From Candidatus Parcubacteria bacterium (GTDB taxonomy: Bacteria; Patescibacteriota; Minisyncoccia; Phycocordibacterales; JAACPR01), in assembly GCA_041158505.1 (NCBI GenBank), contig JBEBBG010000010.1, forward strand, positions 1-54,779: DNA of 54,779 nt, given 5' to 3'. Shown one piece after another: positions 1 through 9,512 of this stretch (position 1 is its first letter; each line of letters opens with the position of its first letter). Both the position numbers and the translations under genes were made by a program. Under the pieces are notes generated by a model that worked only from the letters and a program-made list of their open reading frames with translations, ran no database searches and was not told the DNA's origin.

Positions 1-24
1 GCGCCCCGCCCCTCTTTTCTTTTA

Positions 25-2457
25 TTACACTATGCGCAATTTTCCATCTTGCGGAAGCAGCGACACGGTATCGCCTGCGCGTATCGTGCCCGCAATCAGC
101 GCGTCCGCGACCACTCGCTCAACCTCATCCTGCAACGCCCTACGCATAGCTCGAGCTCCAAATGTTGGGTTATTACCGACAGCAACAAGATGTGCGATGA
201 GGGCATCGGTTGGCCGTACCGTCACCTGTTTGAGTGCAAGTCGCTCATTAAGGTCAACCAAGAGCAGTTTTGCAACCTGCGCCAATGCCTGCGCATCGAG
301 CGCGTGGAAAACAATAACGCCATCAAAGCGGTTTATAAATTCAGGACGGAACGTGCCACGTTTAATAATTTCAGCAACAATCGCATCTGTTTGTCCCACC
401 ACGTCAGCACCCTGTTTGGTTGCCTCATAAATCATATCGCTCCCCGCGTTTGATGTTGCAATGATAATCGTGTTGCGTGCATGCACGCGCTCTCCTCGAC
501 CATCAGTAAAGAAACCTTCATCGAGCACCTGTAAAAAGATATCGTGCACCTCTCGAGAAGCTTTCTCAATCTCATCGAGAAGAAGAACGCCGTACTGCTG
601 CTCACGAAGCTTTGCAGCCAAAACACCAACCGCTGCGTGTCCGGCTTCCCCAATCAACTTTGCCAACCCATCTGCTCCACCAAACTCAGACATATCGAAG
701 CGCATGATTCGATCTTCATCACCAAAGAAAACTTCTGCAAGCGCTTTCGTTGTTTCTGTTTTTCCAACACCAGTTGGACCCAGGAAGAGAAACGATCCCA
801 TTGGACGTTTTGGGTTAGTAAGACCAGCGCGTGCCCGCCGAAGCGCTGACGCAACAGCACTCACCGCCGCATCCTGTCCAACAATCCGCGCATGGAGCAG
901 CTGCTCGAGTGATGCTAATTTTTCTTGCTCTGCAGCAGAAAGGTCTCCCTGTGCAATACCTGTTCGTGATGCAACAATATCGTAGACATCTTGTGCGGTG
1001 ACCATTCCACCACCACGACCAGCGACAGCGGCAACCACTTCATGCAATAAATCAACCGCCTTATCAGTAACAGCACCATCTGCAAAGTAACGATCCGCGC
1101 TTACAACAACAGCTTGAAGCGCCTGCATGGTAACGAGTACTCGGCGTGTCGCCTCAAGCACGTGCGTTTCTGCCTGTACCAAAGAAAGTGCCGCAGACGC
1201 ATCCCGTTCGGGAAGTACAACCTTTTCAAAAGAACGCATCAAGTCGTGCTGCGTTTCAACACTTTCATGAAATCCACGAGTATTGGTAACCGCAATGACA
1301 GAAATTCGATCAGAAGAGAGTGCCTCAGTAAAAAGAGAAACAATGTCAACTGCAACCGCGCTTGCATTCTCAATCAAGCTCGCAAATTCTGGAATAACCA
1401 GCAATACATTTCCCGCCTGTGCGGCTTGTGCGAAAAGCTGACGAAGCTTAGCTTCAATGTCAGTCTTTTCTTTAAGTGCATCAATGAGCTGGGTTCCGTT
1501 AATAACAAACAATTGCTTCCCTTCTAACTCATGCCGTACAACGCCATCAGCAATATCTTTTGCAAGTGCAGCAACCACCTGCATTGCGGCAAGCGATTGC
1601 TCCGCAAGCAGCATCACATTTGCCCCATGCTGCTTTGCGAGAATTCGTGCCACCATCGCAACATCTTGCTCGTACATACGCCGGCGCTCGCTCATGTGCT
1701 GGTACGCTTGATCTTCGGTAATGCGGTGACCATACTGCTCAAGGTAGTACGTCTGACCATACGCCCACGCGCGCCCAATTGAAGGAACTCGCCCAAGCGC
1801 ATCCCTGCTCCACCACGCTTCTCGCACACGAACTTCGCGCGCCGCTTGCGCAACCCACGTTAGAGAAGCTCTAAACGTCTCTGCGTCTATCGCGCGCCCC
1901 TTCAAAAAACGAGCAAGCTCATCATCAAAGTGAATGAGTGACCGTCCGTATTCAGCCAGCGTTACGTACGGATCAGCATCTTGCACGACGAGCTGATACT
2001 CGCGCGTTGTCACCCGATTTGTACGATGAGCCAGGAAATGCGCAACATCTTTTGTACCAATACCAAGACGGAGCATGGTATGAGCACCAAGTGGCGATGT
2101 CAGAAACCCTTTCGTAACATCATCAGGTGAAGTCTTTGCAATGAGCTGCGCCACCATAAAATCCATTGGGGCACCGTTCATAAAGTAGTACGAGTAGTAC
2201 ATCGCATCGAGCATTGCCAGCAGCACAAGTGCGGCAAGTGCAAGCAAGAGCACGCCACGCGCCTTGTAGGTGTAGAGGGCCAGCACACCTAGAGATGTCC
2301 CCATAAATGACGTGAGCACAACAAAGAGAAGCGCTAGCGCAGCTAGACCAGCACACAGGTATAGCAGAAGCTTTCTTCGAGATTGCGGCAGGTAATGTTC
2401 AAGCAAGAGTGCTGGGTAGAAGGTGTCTGCTTTATGTTGTAATTCTTGAAACGTCAT
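25..2457 (-). CDS. Membrane-anchored ClpC/ClpB-like AAA+ ATPase with degenerate first nucleotide-binding domain
   Basis: 810-aa ORF starting at ATG 2457. Hydrophobic helices lie at aa ~30-95. NBD2 is intact: Walker A GPTGVGKTE, Walker B VLLLDEIEKA, sensor ATSNAG. The NBD1-like region aligns to Clp NBD1, but Walker A reads AEQSLAAM and Walker B reads VIPEF. Confidence 0.85.
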   Translation of the reverse strand: MTFQELQHKADTFYPALLLEHYLPQSRRKLLLYLCAGLAALALLFVVLTSFMGTSLGVLALYTYKARGVLLLALAALVLLAMLDAMYYSYYFMNGAPMDFMVAQLIAKTSPDDVTKGFLTSPLGAHTMLRLGIGTKDVAHFLAHRTNRVTTREYQLVVQDADPYVTLAEYGRSLIHFDDELARFLKGRAIDAETFRASLTWVAQAAREVRVREAWWSRDALGRVPSIGRAWAYGQTYYLEQYGHRITEDQAYQHMSERRRMYEQDVAMVARILAKQHGANVMLLAEQSLAAMQVVAALAKDIADGVVRHELEGKQLFVINGTQLIDALKEKTDIEAKLRQLFAQAAQAGNVLLVIPEFASLIENASAVAVDIVSLFTEALSSDRISVIAVTNTRGFHESVETQHDLMRSFEKVVLPERDASAALSLVQAETHVLEATRRVLVTMQALQAVVVSADRYFADGAVTDKAVDLLHEVVAAVAGRGGGMVTAQDVYDIVASRTGIAQGDLSAAEQEKLASLEQLLHARIVGQDAAVSAVASALRRARAGLTNPKRPMGSFLFLGPTGVGKTETTKALAEVFFGDEDRIMRFDMSEFGGADGLAKLIGEAGHAAVGVLAAKLREQQYGVLLLDEIEKASREVHDIFLQVLDEGFFTDGRGERVHARNTIIIATSNAGSDMIYEATKQGADVVGQTDAIVAEIIKRGTFRPEFINRFDGVIVFHALDAQALAQVAKLLLVDLNERLALKQVTVRPTDALIAHLVAVGNNPTFGARAMRRALQDEVERVVADALIAGTIRAGDTVSLLPQDGKLRIV

Positions 2458-2458
2458 A

Positions 2459-2848
2459 CTAGCGCAGTAGTGCCATTACCCCAGCCACAACAACGGCAAT
2501 CCATAAAAGCGGCAGTAGGAGCCATACACAAAAAACTAAGCAACCAACAAGTGCGCAAGCACACAACATACCAAGCCCCAATAGAATGAAGAAGCTTCGA
2601 ACAACGATGCCCACGACACGCATAACCAACGTTGTTGCAAGTGCCTCAAAGTACTGCTCGGGATTAAAACGTTTCGGCGCAGCTTCACCAAGGCGTTCAA
2701 ACGGCGCAAAGAACGTGCGGAGTAACTCGTGAATTGAAAAGAGGTTCCAAAAAAACCAGAGGAAGGTGCGCACATGCGATGCAAGATCACGGAGCGCACG
2801 TGTGTAGTGCCACGCAAGATAGTGTGGAAGTAAAAACCCAAACTGCAT
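2459..2848 (-). CDS. Hypothetical small membrane protein
   Basis: 129-aa ORF starting at ATG 2848 with a strongly hydrophobic C-terminal half. Its stop lies 2 nt before the Clp-like start. TATACT sits 6 nt upstream of the ATG. Confidence 0.65.
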   Translation of the reverse strand: MQFGFLLPHYLAWHYTRALRDLASHVRTFLWFFWNLFSIHELLRTFFAPFERLGEAAPKRFNPEQYFEALATTLVMRVVGIVVRSFFILLGLGMLCACALVGCLVFCVWLLLPLLWIAVVVAGVMALLR

Positions 2849-2877
2849 GCTGCTAGTATACCAAAAGAAACTACTCG

Positions 2878-3777
2878 TTAACGCAATTTATAGAAGACTC
2901 GATTACCAAATCGCAAATCAATGTAGAGAATATTTGCAAATTGAGCTCGGTTAATTGCATCACGAGTAATAACTGTTTCAAGGTTGGTAAACGTTTCACC
3001 TAAATCGCTCGTGGTATCAACAAACAGTTGTGCACCAGGCTGCGTGACCAGTGAGTACACTTCATCATTTACTGTCCACGCTTCAGTGACAACAATATCA
3101 AGCCGTCGGACCAAACGTGCAAACGCAAGAATATCTTCAAAGCGTTCGCGCGATGTGTACTGCTGACGAAGTGGGTCACGGGTAATACGTCCAAAGAACG
3201 TTATCAAATCTGCAGGCACAGCTGCGACGGTAACCGTAGGAACAGGTGCAAAGACAATAGCCTCTGCATTGAGCAAAAAGCATTGATCACCGTTTCGTGA
3301 GCTTATCGGCTGTGGTAGTGAACCAGTAACGAGTTCACCGTCATCGTGCACGAGCGCTGGTGCTGGCGTCACTGTGGTATTACACCAACGTGCAACAGGT
3401 GCGTACTCCTTTACTTCAAGCGAAATAGTATGGAGCCCGTCGATATCAACATCAACAGAGGCCACTGCAGCATGCTCGCGCATAATGCGCTGCTCAATCG
3501 AATGCCGTGGCAATGTTAGGCTATTTGCTCGAGCAAAAAGTCCAAGGTAACGACCCTGCAGCGTTTCTTTAACTGCCAATTCAACTGCTGCACGATCAGT
3601 AAACGTAAGATCATTTACAACAATCTGCTCAACACGAAATACTGGATGGTGCGATGCGTAGGTAGCGCCCGCAAGAAGCAGCACAAAAAGAATTACGTAG
3701 GCAGCGCCTTTCCATGTTCGCCGCTTTCGCTTTCGTTGTTTCAATGTATCAGATTGATACCGAGGTCCAGCTTGCAT
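2878..3777 (-). CDS. ftsQ: Cell division protein FtsQ/DivIB (POTRA domain)
   Basis: Basic N-terminus plus a single TM (AAYVILFVLLLAGATYA). A POTRA-like segment follows (VEQIVVNDLTFTDRAAVELAV...ISLEVKEYAPVARW). Confidence 0.75.
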   Translation of the reverse strand: MQAGPRYQSDTLKQRKRKRRTWKGAAYVILFVLLLAGATYASHHPVFRVEQIVVNDLTFTDRAAVELAVKETLQGRYLGLFARANSLTLPRHSIEQRIMREHAAVASVDVDIDGLHTISLEVKEYAPVARWCNTTVTPAPALVHDDGELVTGSLPQPISSRNGDQCFLLNAEAIVFAPVPTVTVAAVPADLITFFGRITRDPLRQQYTSRERFEDILAFARLVRRLDIVVTEAWTVNDEVYSLVTQPGAQLFVDTTSDLGETFTNLETVITRDAINRAQFANILYIDLRFGNRVFYKLR

Positions 3778-3799
3778 TGCTGCAATTGTACCTCAAAAC

Positions 3800-5086
3800 T
3801 TACCTCGTGATAGTAGTCATTCCCCCCATGTACGGTCGGAGAACGTCAGGTACCGCAATACTTCCATCTTCCTGCTGATAGTTTTCCATGAGCGCAATCA
3901 GTGTCCGTCCAATTGCAAAGAGTGTCGCGTCATTCATATGCACGAATTCTGATTTTCCTTCACTATTTTTATAGCGAGTATTGAGGCGTCGTGGCTGGTA
4001 GCTTGCGACATAGTCAGATGAATGTGTCTCACGATACGTATCTTGCCCAGGCATCCATGTTTCAATATCAACTTGTCGGTAGTCGGGCGTACCCATATCA
4101 CCCGTACACACAAGGACAACCTGATGCGGAAGACCAAGTTTTCGCATCATGTACTCCTGAATTGCAACGAGGAACTGTTGCTCTCGCAGACCATCCTCTG
4201 GTTTGGTAAATGACTCCATTTCGAGCTTATCGAACTGATGCTGTCGCAAAATTCCTTTTGTGTCTTTACCATACGAGCCAGCTTCACGTCGAAACGCACT
4301 TGAGTAGCCAATGTAACGGACAGGCAACTGCGTTTCCTCAAATACTTCATCCATGTGCATTGAACCGATAGTGTGCTCGGCACTTCCTGCAAGAAATACA
4401 TCATCTTGCTCAATGTAGTATCGGTCCTCTCGAGGTTCGAGTCGTGCCATTCGATTGAGCACAGCAGGCTTCACCATGACGGGTGGCACTACGGGCGTGA
4501 ACGGTTTCGTAGCAACTTCAATTCCTGCCTCCTCTGCAATTGTCTTGAGCGTGTCCTCATTGGTTAGCACATCAAAACAAAACTGAATGAGTGCAAACTG
4601 CATTCGTGCCAAACCTCCTTTGAGGTACGTAAAACGTGAACCGGCGACGGTGCCTGCACGATCGCTATCAATAATGTCTAAGTCTTTACCAAGATCCCAA
4701 TGTGCCTTTGGTGTGAATGAAAACTTTTTTGGTTCACCCCACTGACGCACAACAACGTTACCTGACTCGTCGGGACCTACAGGAGTATCTGCAGATGGAA
4801 CATTTGGAATTTTGAGCATCAACGCAAGAAATGCCTTTTCTACTTCTGCGTACGCAGCCTCCAGAGAAACGGCCTCTTCTTTAAGTCGCTTACCCTCTTC
4901 AATGTTCTGTGCTTTTGCAGCTTCATTACGTTTTGCGTTAAGGGTATCAAGCTCAACACGAAGCTGCTTTTGCTTGTCCGCCAACTCGAGGAGTTCATCA
5001 AGATTAATATCGGAGCTCGCGTTCCTATTTTTGAGCGCTTGCAATACGATATCTTTATTATCCCTGATGAATTTTATGTCTAGCAT
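3800..5086 (-). CDS. serS: Seryl-tRNA synthetase
   Basis: MLDIKFIRDNKDIV is a typical SerS N-terminus, followed by the coiled-coil arm. Class II motifs are present (AFRREAGSYGKDTKGILRQHQFDKLE; FAIGRTLIALMENYQ). The 61 extra upstream codons of the tracked ORF run into the dprA start and are not SerS-like. Confidence 0.93.
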   Translation of the reverse strand: MLDIKFIRDNKDIVLQALKNRNASSDINLDELLELADKQKQLRVELDTLNAKRNEAAKAQNIEEGKRLKEEAVSLEAAYAEVEKAFLALMLKIPNVPSADTPVGPDESGNVVVRQWGEPKKFSFTPKAHWDLGKDLDIIDSDRAGTVAGSRFTYLKGGLARMQFALIQFCFDVLTNEDTLKTIAEEAGIEVATKPFTPVVPPVMVKPAVLNRMARLEPREDRYYIEQDDVFLAGSAEHTIGSMHMDEVFEETQLPVRYIGYSSAFRREAGSYGKDTKGILRQHQFDKLEMESFTKPEDGLREQQFLVAIQEYMMRKLGLPHQVVLVCTGDMGTPDYRQVDIETWMPGQDTYRETHSSDYVASYQPRRLNTRYKNSEGKSEFVHMNDATLFAIGRTLIALMENYQQEDGSIAVPDVLRPYMGGMTTITR

Positions 5087-5152
5087 ATATTTTATCCCCG
5101 CTTTATAACGCGGTAATGGGGCCATCATAGCAGAAAGGTACCCTTGTGACCA

Positions 5153-6040
5153 ATGGATGACTACCCCATCACCTGCTACGAACACGACGTCCTTCCAGAA
5201 CGTCTTCGAGAGATTCCACAGCCGCCGCGCGCCCTGTGGGCGCGCGGCGGCATACCTGACCCATCCCACCTGCTCCTAACTGTCGTAGGTTCTCGAAAGG
5301 CGACCCCGTACGGCATCGCGGCATGCAATGAGCTCATTGCATCGCTTGCTGGGCTACCCGTCTCCATTGTTTCAGGACTCGCACTTGGTATCGACGCATG
5401 CGCGCACGAAGCTGCGCTTCGTGCGCGCATGCACTGTATCGCCATCCCTGGTTCAGGATTACACGAACAAGTACTTGCACCAGCACAGCATCGCCTACTC
5501 GCCACTCGCATTCTTGCTGCAGGCGGATGCCTCCTATCTCCCTTTCCTCCAACACACCACGCGACAAAATACTCTTTCCCCGCAAGAAACAGAATCATGG
5601 TCGGCATGTCACATGCAGTGCTTGTTATTGAAGCAACCGAAAAATCTGGAACGCTGATTACCGCGCGCCTTGCCGCAGAGTACAACCGGGAACTTGGCGT
5701 TGTGCCAGGTTCTATCTTTGCACCAGGAAGCGCGGGGCCACATCAATTCCTTACACTCGGCGCCACACCAATTTATAACGCAGCATCATTACGAGAACTC
5801 CTCGGCCTCAGAGAAGCTCCTACGCTTCCATATAGCACCACCACACAAACGACCCCCTCTCTACCAACGCATGCAGTACAAATTCTCGAAACACTTGTAG
5901 AACCCCTCACGGTCTCTGCTATCCAGGCACAAACAAAACTTGAAACAAGCACACTGCAGGCAGCGCTCACCCTCCTTGAAATACAAGGATACGTTACACG
6001 TGCGCACGGACGTATCCAGCGCCACCAGTTGCCAACATAG
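5153..6040 (+). CDS. dprA: DNA processing protein DprA (Smf)
   Basis: DprA core motifs are present: VVGSRKATPYG, SGLALGIDACAHEAAL, ATEKSGTLITARLAAEYNRE. The usual dprA-topA synteny is kept. Confidence 0.88.
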   Translation: MDDYPITCYEHDVLPERLREIPQPPRALWARGGIPDPSHLLLTVVGSRKATPYGIAACNELIASLAGLPVSIVSGLALGIDACAHEAALRARMHCIAIPGSGLHEQVLAPAQHRLLATRILAAGGCLLSPFPPTHHATKYSFPARNRIMVGMSHAVLVIEATEKSGTLITARLAAEYNRELGVVPGSIFAPGSAGPHQFLTLGATPIYNAASLRELLGLREAPTLPYSTTTQTTPSLPTHAVQILETLVEPLTVSAIQAQTKLETSTLQAALTLLEIQGYVTRAHGRIQRHQLPT

Positions 6041-6075
6041 ACATAGTGTAGTATTACTGGCACCATTCTATATAT

Positions 6076-8256
6076 ATGACAAAGCTGGTAATCGTAGAGT
6101 CACCTGCAAAGGCGAAGACAATTGAAAAGTATTTGAGTGAAATTGGCGACTACCGTGTCGTGGCGTCTGTTGGACATGTCCGCGATCTTCCAAAGAGCAG
6201 CAAGAATGCAATCGACATTAAGGCTGGATTCGTTCCTAAGTACGAAATTAGTAAAGGTAAAGAACGTGTCATTGATGACATTAAGCAGCTTGCAAAGAAA
6301 GCTGATGACATTCTCCTTGCAACCGACCCTGACCGCGAAGGTGAAGCAATTGCGTGGCACCTCAAGGAAGCCATCGGCCTCAAAAATCCAAAGCGTATTG
6401 TCTTTCATGAAATTACCAAACCTGCGATCCAAGAAGCAATCAATCACCCGCGCCCGATCGATGACAACCTTAAGCAGGCGCAGGAAGCACGACGTGTACT
6501 CGATCGCCTCTTCGGCTACGATCTCTCAGGGCTGATCTGGAAAAAGGTACGATACGGACTTTCTGCAGGACGCGTGCAATCTCCTGCCCTTCGCATCCTC
6601 ATGGAGCGTGAACGAGAAATCCGAGCGTTCATTCCAGAAACATTTTGGGTACTGACCGCAGACGTACAGAAAGGAAAAAATCCAGCATTTACTGTTACCT
6701 GTGTTGAAGAGCCGCGCGACCACGCTGAAGCAGCTCGTATACTCAAGGTTGGAAAGGGTGGTACCTGGACCGTACGCGATGTAAAAGAAACAGAAGCAAA
6801 GCGCGCTCCTCGCCCACCATTCATTACCTCAACGCTCCAGCAGGCCGCATCAACTCGCCTCGGGTACTCACCTGCACGAACTATGCAGCTTGCACAAAAG
6901 CTCTACGAAGCTGGACACATTACCTACATGCGAACTGACTCAACCAACCTCTCACAACAGGCGCTTGGGCAGATTAAAGGTGTTGTTGAAAAAAACTTTG
7001 GCGCGGCGTACTACGAAGGACATGTCTACAGTAAAAAAGCAAAAGGTGCACAAGAGGCTCACGAAGCGATTCGCCCAACAACAATCGGTAAATCATCTGC
7101 TGGTACCACCGAAGAGCAAAAGAAACTGTACCGACTCATTTGGGCACGAACAGTCGCCAGCCAAATGGTTGATGCAAAGCTCCTCCGCACCAAAGTGCTC
7201 GTAACGATCAATAACGGCGAGACACCAGATTTTGCTGTAAATGGTCAGCGCACGCTCGAAGATGGTTGGATGAAGGCCGACCCTGCAGCACGAAGCGAAG
7301 AAGTTGAAGTACCGAAGGTGCAGCCCGGCGACACCCTCTCACTTATCACCATGCACGAAGAAGAAAAGCAGACGCAACCACCAAACCGGTACACCGAAGC
7401 AGGTCTGGTTAAGGAACTTGAGAAGCGCGGCATTGGTCGTCCATCTACCTACGCATCAATTATTAAAACACTCAATGACCGCGGCTACGTTTCGCGCGAA
7501 GGGCGAACGCTCATTCCTACTGACACTGGTGACGTTGTTTCAAGTTTCATTGAGCAACACTTTGCACAGTACGTTTCTGACGATTTCACCGCAGAAATGG
7601 AAAACGAGCTCGACGAAATTGCAACGGGCGACCGAGAGTACGTAAAGACACTCAAAGACTTCTATGGTCCATTTACAAAAGAGATTGCAGCAAAAGAAGA
7701 TATTGCAAAAATCACTACACTCGGCGAAGCAGACAAAAAGTTTGTATGTCCGAAGTGTGGCAGCCATATGGAGATCAAGCTTGGTAAGGCCGGTAAATTC
7801 CTTTCGTGTAAAAAATTCCCAGAATGTACCGGTGCACTGACAATCGACGGTGAAGAATGGAAACCCGATGCACCGATTGGCACAGAGCCAGAAAGCGGTC
7901 TCCCGATTACCGTTATGAATGGACGGTTTGGCCCCTACATTCAAGTGGGTGAAAAGACGAAGGAGAACCCGAAACCTCGACGCGCAAGTATTCCAAAGGA
8001 GAAAGACCCGAGCACCGTCACCGTTGAAGATGCGCTCCTCTACCTTTCACTACCGCGCACTCTCGGGCAGCACCCAGACACCGGCGCTGACATTGTTGCA
8101 AACATCGGCCGATTCGGACCATACGTTGTACACGAAAAAGATTTCCGTTCACTCAAGACTGACAACGTCTACACCATCACCCTTGCACGTGCACTTGAGA
8201 TTTTTGCAGAGGAAAAGAAAACACGCCGCGGGCGCGGCGCAAAGAAGGCCGAGTAA
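6076..8256 (+). CDS. topA: DNA topoisomerase I
   Basis: TOPRIM N-terminus LVIVESPAKAKTIEKYL, active-site Tyr region GHITYMRTDS, and a C4 zinc ribbon CPKCGSH...CKKFPEC. Confidence 0.95.
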   Translation: MTKLVIVESPAKAKTIEKYLSEIGDYRVVASVGHVRDLPKSSKNAIDIKAGFVPKYEISKGKERVIDDIKQLAKKADDILLATDPDREGEAIAWHLKEAIGLKNPKRIVFHEITKPAIQEAINHPRPIDDNLKQAQEARRVLDRLFGYDLSGLIWKKVRYGLSAGRVQSPALRILMEREREIRAFIPETFWVLTADVQKGKNPAFTVTCVEEPRDHAEAARILKVGKGGTWTVRDVKETEAKRAPRPPFITSTLQQAASTRLGYSPARTMQLAQKLYEAGHITYMRTDSTNLSQQALGQIKGVVEKNFGAAYYEGHVYSKKAKGAQEAHEAIRPTTIGKSSAGTTEEQKKLYRLIWARTVASQMVDAKLLRTKVLVTINNGETPDFAVNGQRTLEDGWMKADPAARSEEVEVPKVQPGDTLSLITMHEEEKQTQPPNRYTEAGLVKELEKRGIGRPSTYASIIKTLNDRGYVSREGRTLIPTDTGDVVSSFIEQHFAQYVSDDFTAEMENELDEIATGDREYVKTLKDFYGPFTKEIAAKEDIAKITTLGEADKKFVCPKCGSHMEIKLGKAGKFLSCKKFPECTGALTIDGEEWKPDAPIGTEPESGLPITVMNGRFGPYIQVGEKTKENPKPRRASIPKEKDPSTVTVEDALLYLSLPRTLGQHPDTGADIVANIGRFGPYVVHEKDFRSLKTDNVYTITLARALEIFAEEKKTRRGRGAKKAE

Positions 8257-8267
8257 CGTGACCTCCG

Positions 8268-9329
8268 TTAAATCGTAAAGCTATTGAGCGAGTAGGTCTG
8301 CTCGTCCTCATCCTGCCGTGCTGCAGCAAGCGCTTCCTCAGGCGCATGTGCTGATTCTGGTGCCACAACGGCATCTTCTGGAAAATCGATGATCGACGTT
8401 TCGGCGTCTTCGGGTGCAATCTCAAGCGCAGTCGCAGCGGTAACATCTGCCGCAATTTGCTCTGCTGTTGGTGCAGGAGCTGCCTGCATGCTCTCTTGGC
8501 GCGCATTCAAGATTGCAAGAATTTGCTTCAAATCATCTTCATTGAAGTAATCAATCTGGATACGTCCACCAACCTCTCGCGGTTCAATGTGTACACGCGT
8601 ACCAAGCGAGTCGCTGACCTGCTGCTCAAGCTCAACAATATCTGGATTAAACATCCGCTCCTTCTTGCGCACTTTATCAAACGCGATTTTGCGTGCGATT
8701 TTTTCTGCATCGCGCACTGTCATCTTCTTGAGCATGATTTCTCGAAAGAGTACGTTCTGTTCCTCCTTTCGATCTGAGAGCATGAGGAGTGGGCGCGTAT
8801 GTCCTTCAGAAATTTTCCCCTGTCCGAGTGCATCGAGAATATCTTCGGGAAGCGCGAGTAAGCGCATGGTATTTGAAACGTACTCGCGACTCTTACCAAC
8901 CTTCTGCGCAATCTCAATATGCTTCAAACCAAACTGCTCAGCGAGCTGCTGGAATGAACGTGCGCGATCAACTGGATTAAGATCCTCACGCTGCAAGTTC
9001 TCGATGATTGCGAGTTCGAGCTTTACTCGATCATCATCTTCCTGCGCACGAATGAGTACGGGCACCTCTCGAAGTCCGGCTAACCGTGACGCACGGAGTC
9101 GTCGCTCTCCTGCGATGAGCTCGTACTCAACACCGATGCCACCATCGTCTTTGGTGAACTCTTTTCGTGTCACTACCAACGGCTGCAAGATACCGTACAT
9201 GCGCACTGAATCGGCCAAGTCTTTAAGCTTTGCTTCATCAAACTCTTTTCGTGGCTGAAATGGATTCGGTCGGATCTTTTCAACCTCTACAAAGAAAACT
9301 GCGTTACTGTGAAATGGTGATTCGTGCAT
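8268..9329 (-). CDS. parB: ParB/Spo0J-family partition protein with acidic C-terminal tail
   Basis: ParB N-terminal box LIAGERRLRASRLAG and an HTH region (QQLAEQFGLKHIEIAQKVGKSREYVSNTMRLL). The Ala/Glu/Pro-rich tail spans ~90 aa. Confidence 0.88.
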   Translation of the reverse strand: MHESPFHSNAVFFVEVEKIRPNPFQPRKEFDEAKLKDLADSVRMYGILQPLVVTRKEFTKDDGGIGVEYELIAGERRLRASRLAGLREVPVLIRAQEDDDRVKLELAIIENLQREDLNPVDRARSFQQLAEQFGLKHIEIAQKVGKSREYVSNTMRLLALPEDILDALGQGKISEGHTRPLLMLSDRKEEQNVLFREIMLKKMTVRDAEKIARKIAFDKVRKKERMFNPDIVELEQQVSDSLGTRVHIEPREVGGRIQIDYFNEDDLKQILAILNARQESMQAAPAPTAEQIAADVTAATALEIAPEDAETSIIDFPEDAVVAPESAHAPEEALAAARQDEDEQTYSLNSFTI

Positions 9330-9383
9330 GTGTATCCCCTAATTATCTCCCCTTACTCCTGATATGCCGACCATTGTACCACA

Positions 9384-9412
9384 TTGCAAACAGTGCCCGA
9401 ATTGCGTAGACT
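9384..9412 (+). promoter_or_regulatory. Candidate sigma70-type promoter for tRNA-Leu (TTGCAA-17-TAGACT)
   Basis: TTGCAA at 9384-9389, 17-nt spacer, TAGACT at 9407-9412. It ends about 15 nt upstream of the tRNA 5' end. Confidence 0.4.
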
Positions 9413-9427
9413 GGGCAGACCACACAT

Positions 9428-9511
9428 GCCGGAGTGGCGGAATGGCAGACGCGCACGACTCAAAATCGTGTCTCGCAAGGGGTGAGGGTTCGAGTCCCTC
9501 CTCCGGCACCA
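9428..9511 (+). tRNA. tRNA-Leu (anticodon CAA), CCA encoded
   Basis: Acceptor GCCGGAG/CTCCGGC. Anticodon stem CACGA/TCGTG with loop CTCAAAA. Long variable arm. T-arm GAGGG-TTCGAGT-CCCTC. Discriminator A followed by CCA. Confidence 0.92.
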
Positions 9512-9512
9512 T

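Noticed and set aside
5087-5269. N-terminal extensions of tracked ORFs (serS 5087-5269; also rpmE 26870-26974, pilM 54117-54266, pfkB 31604-31702, rplY, GT2 38625-38681)
   Set aside because: The extended parts overlap neighbouring genes or promoters and lack similarity to the protein families. Internal ATGs restore canonical N-termini and are preceded by -10-like boxes.
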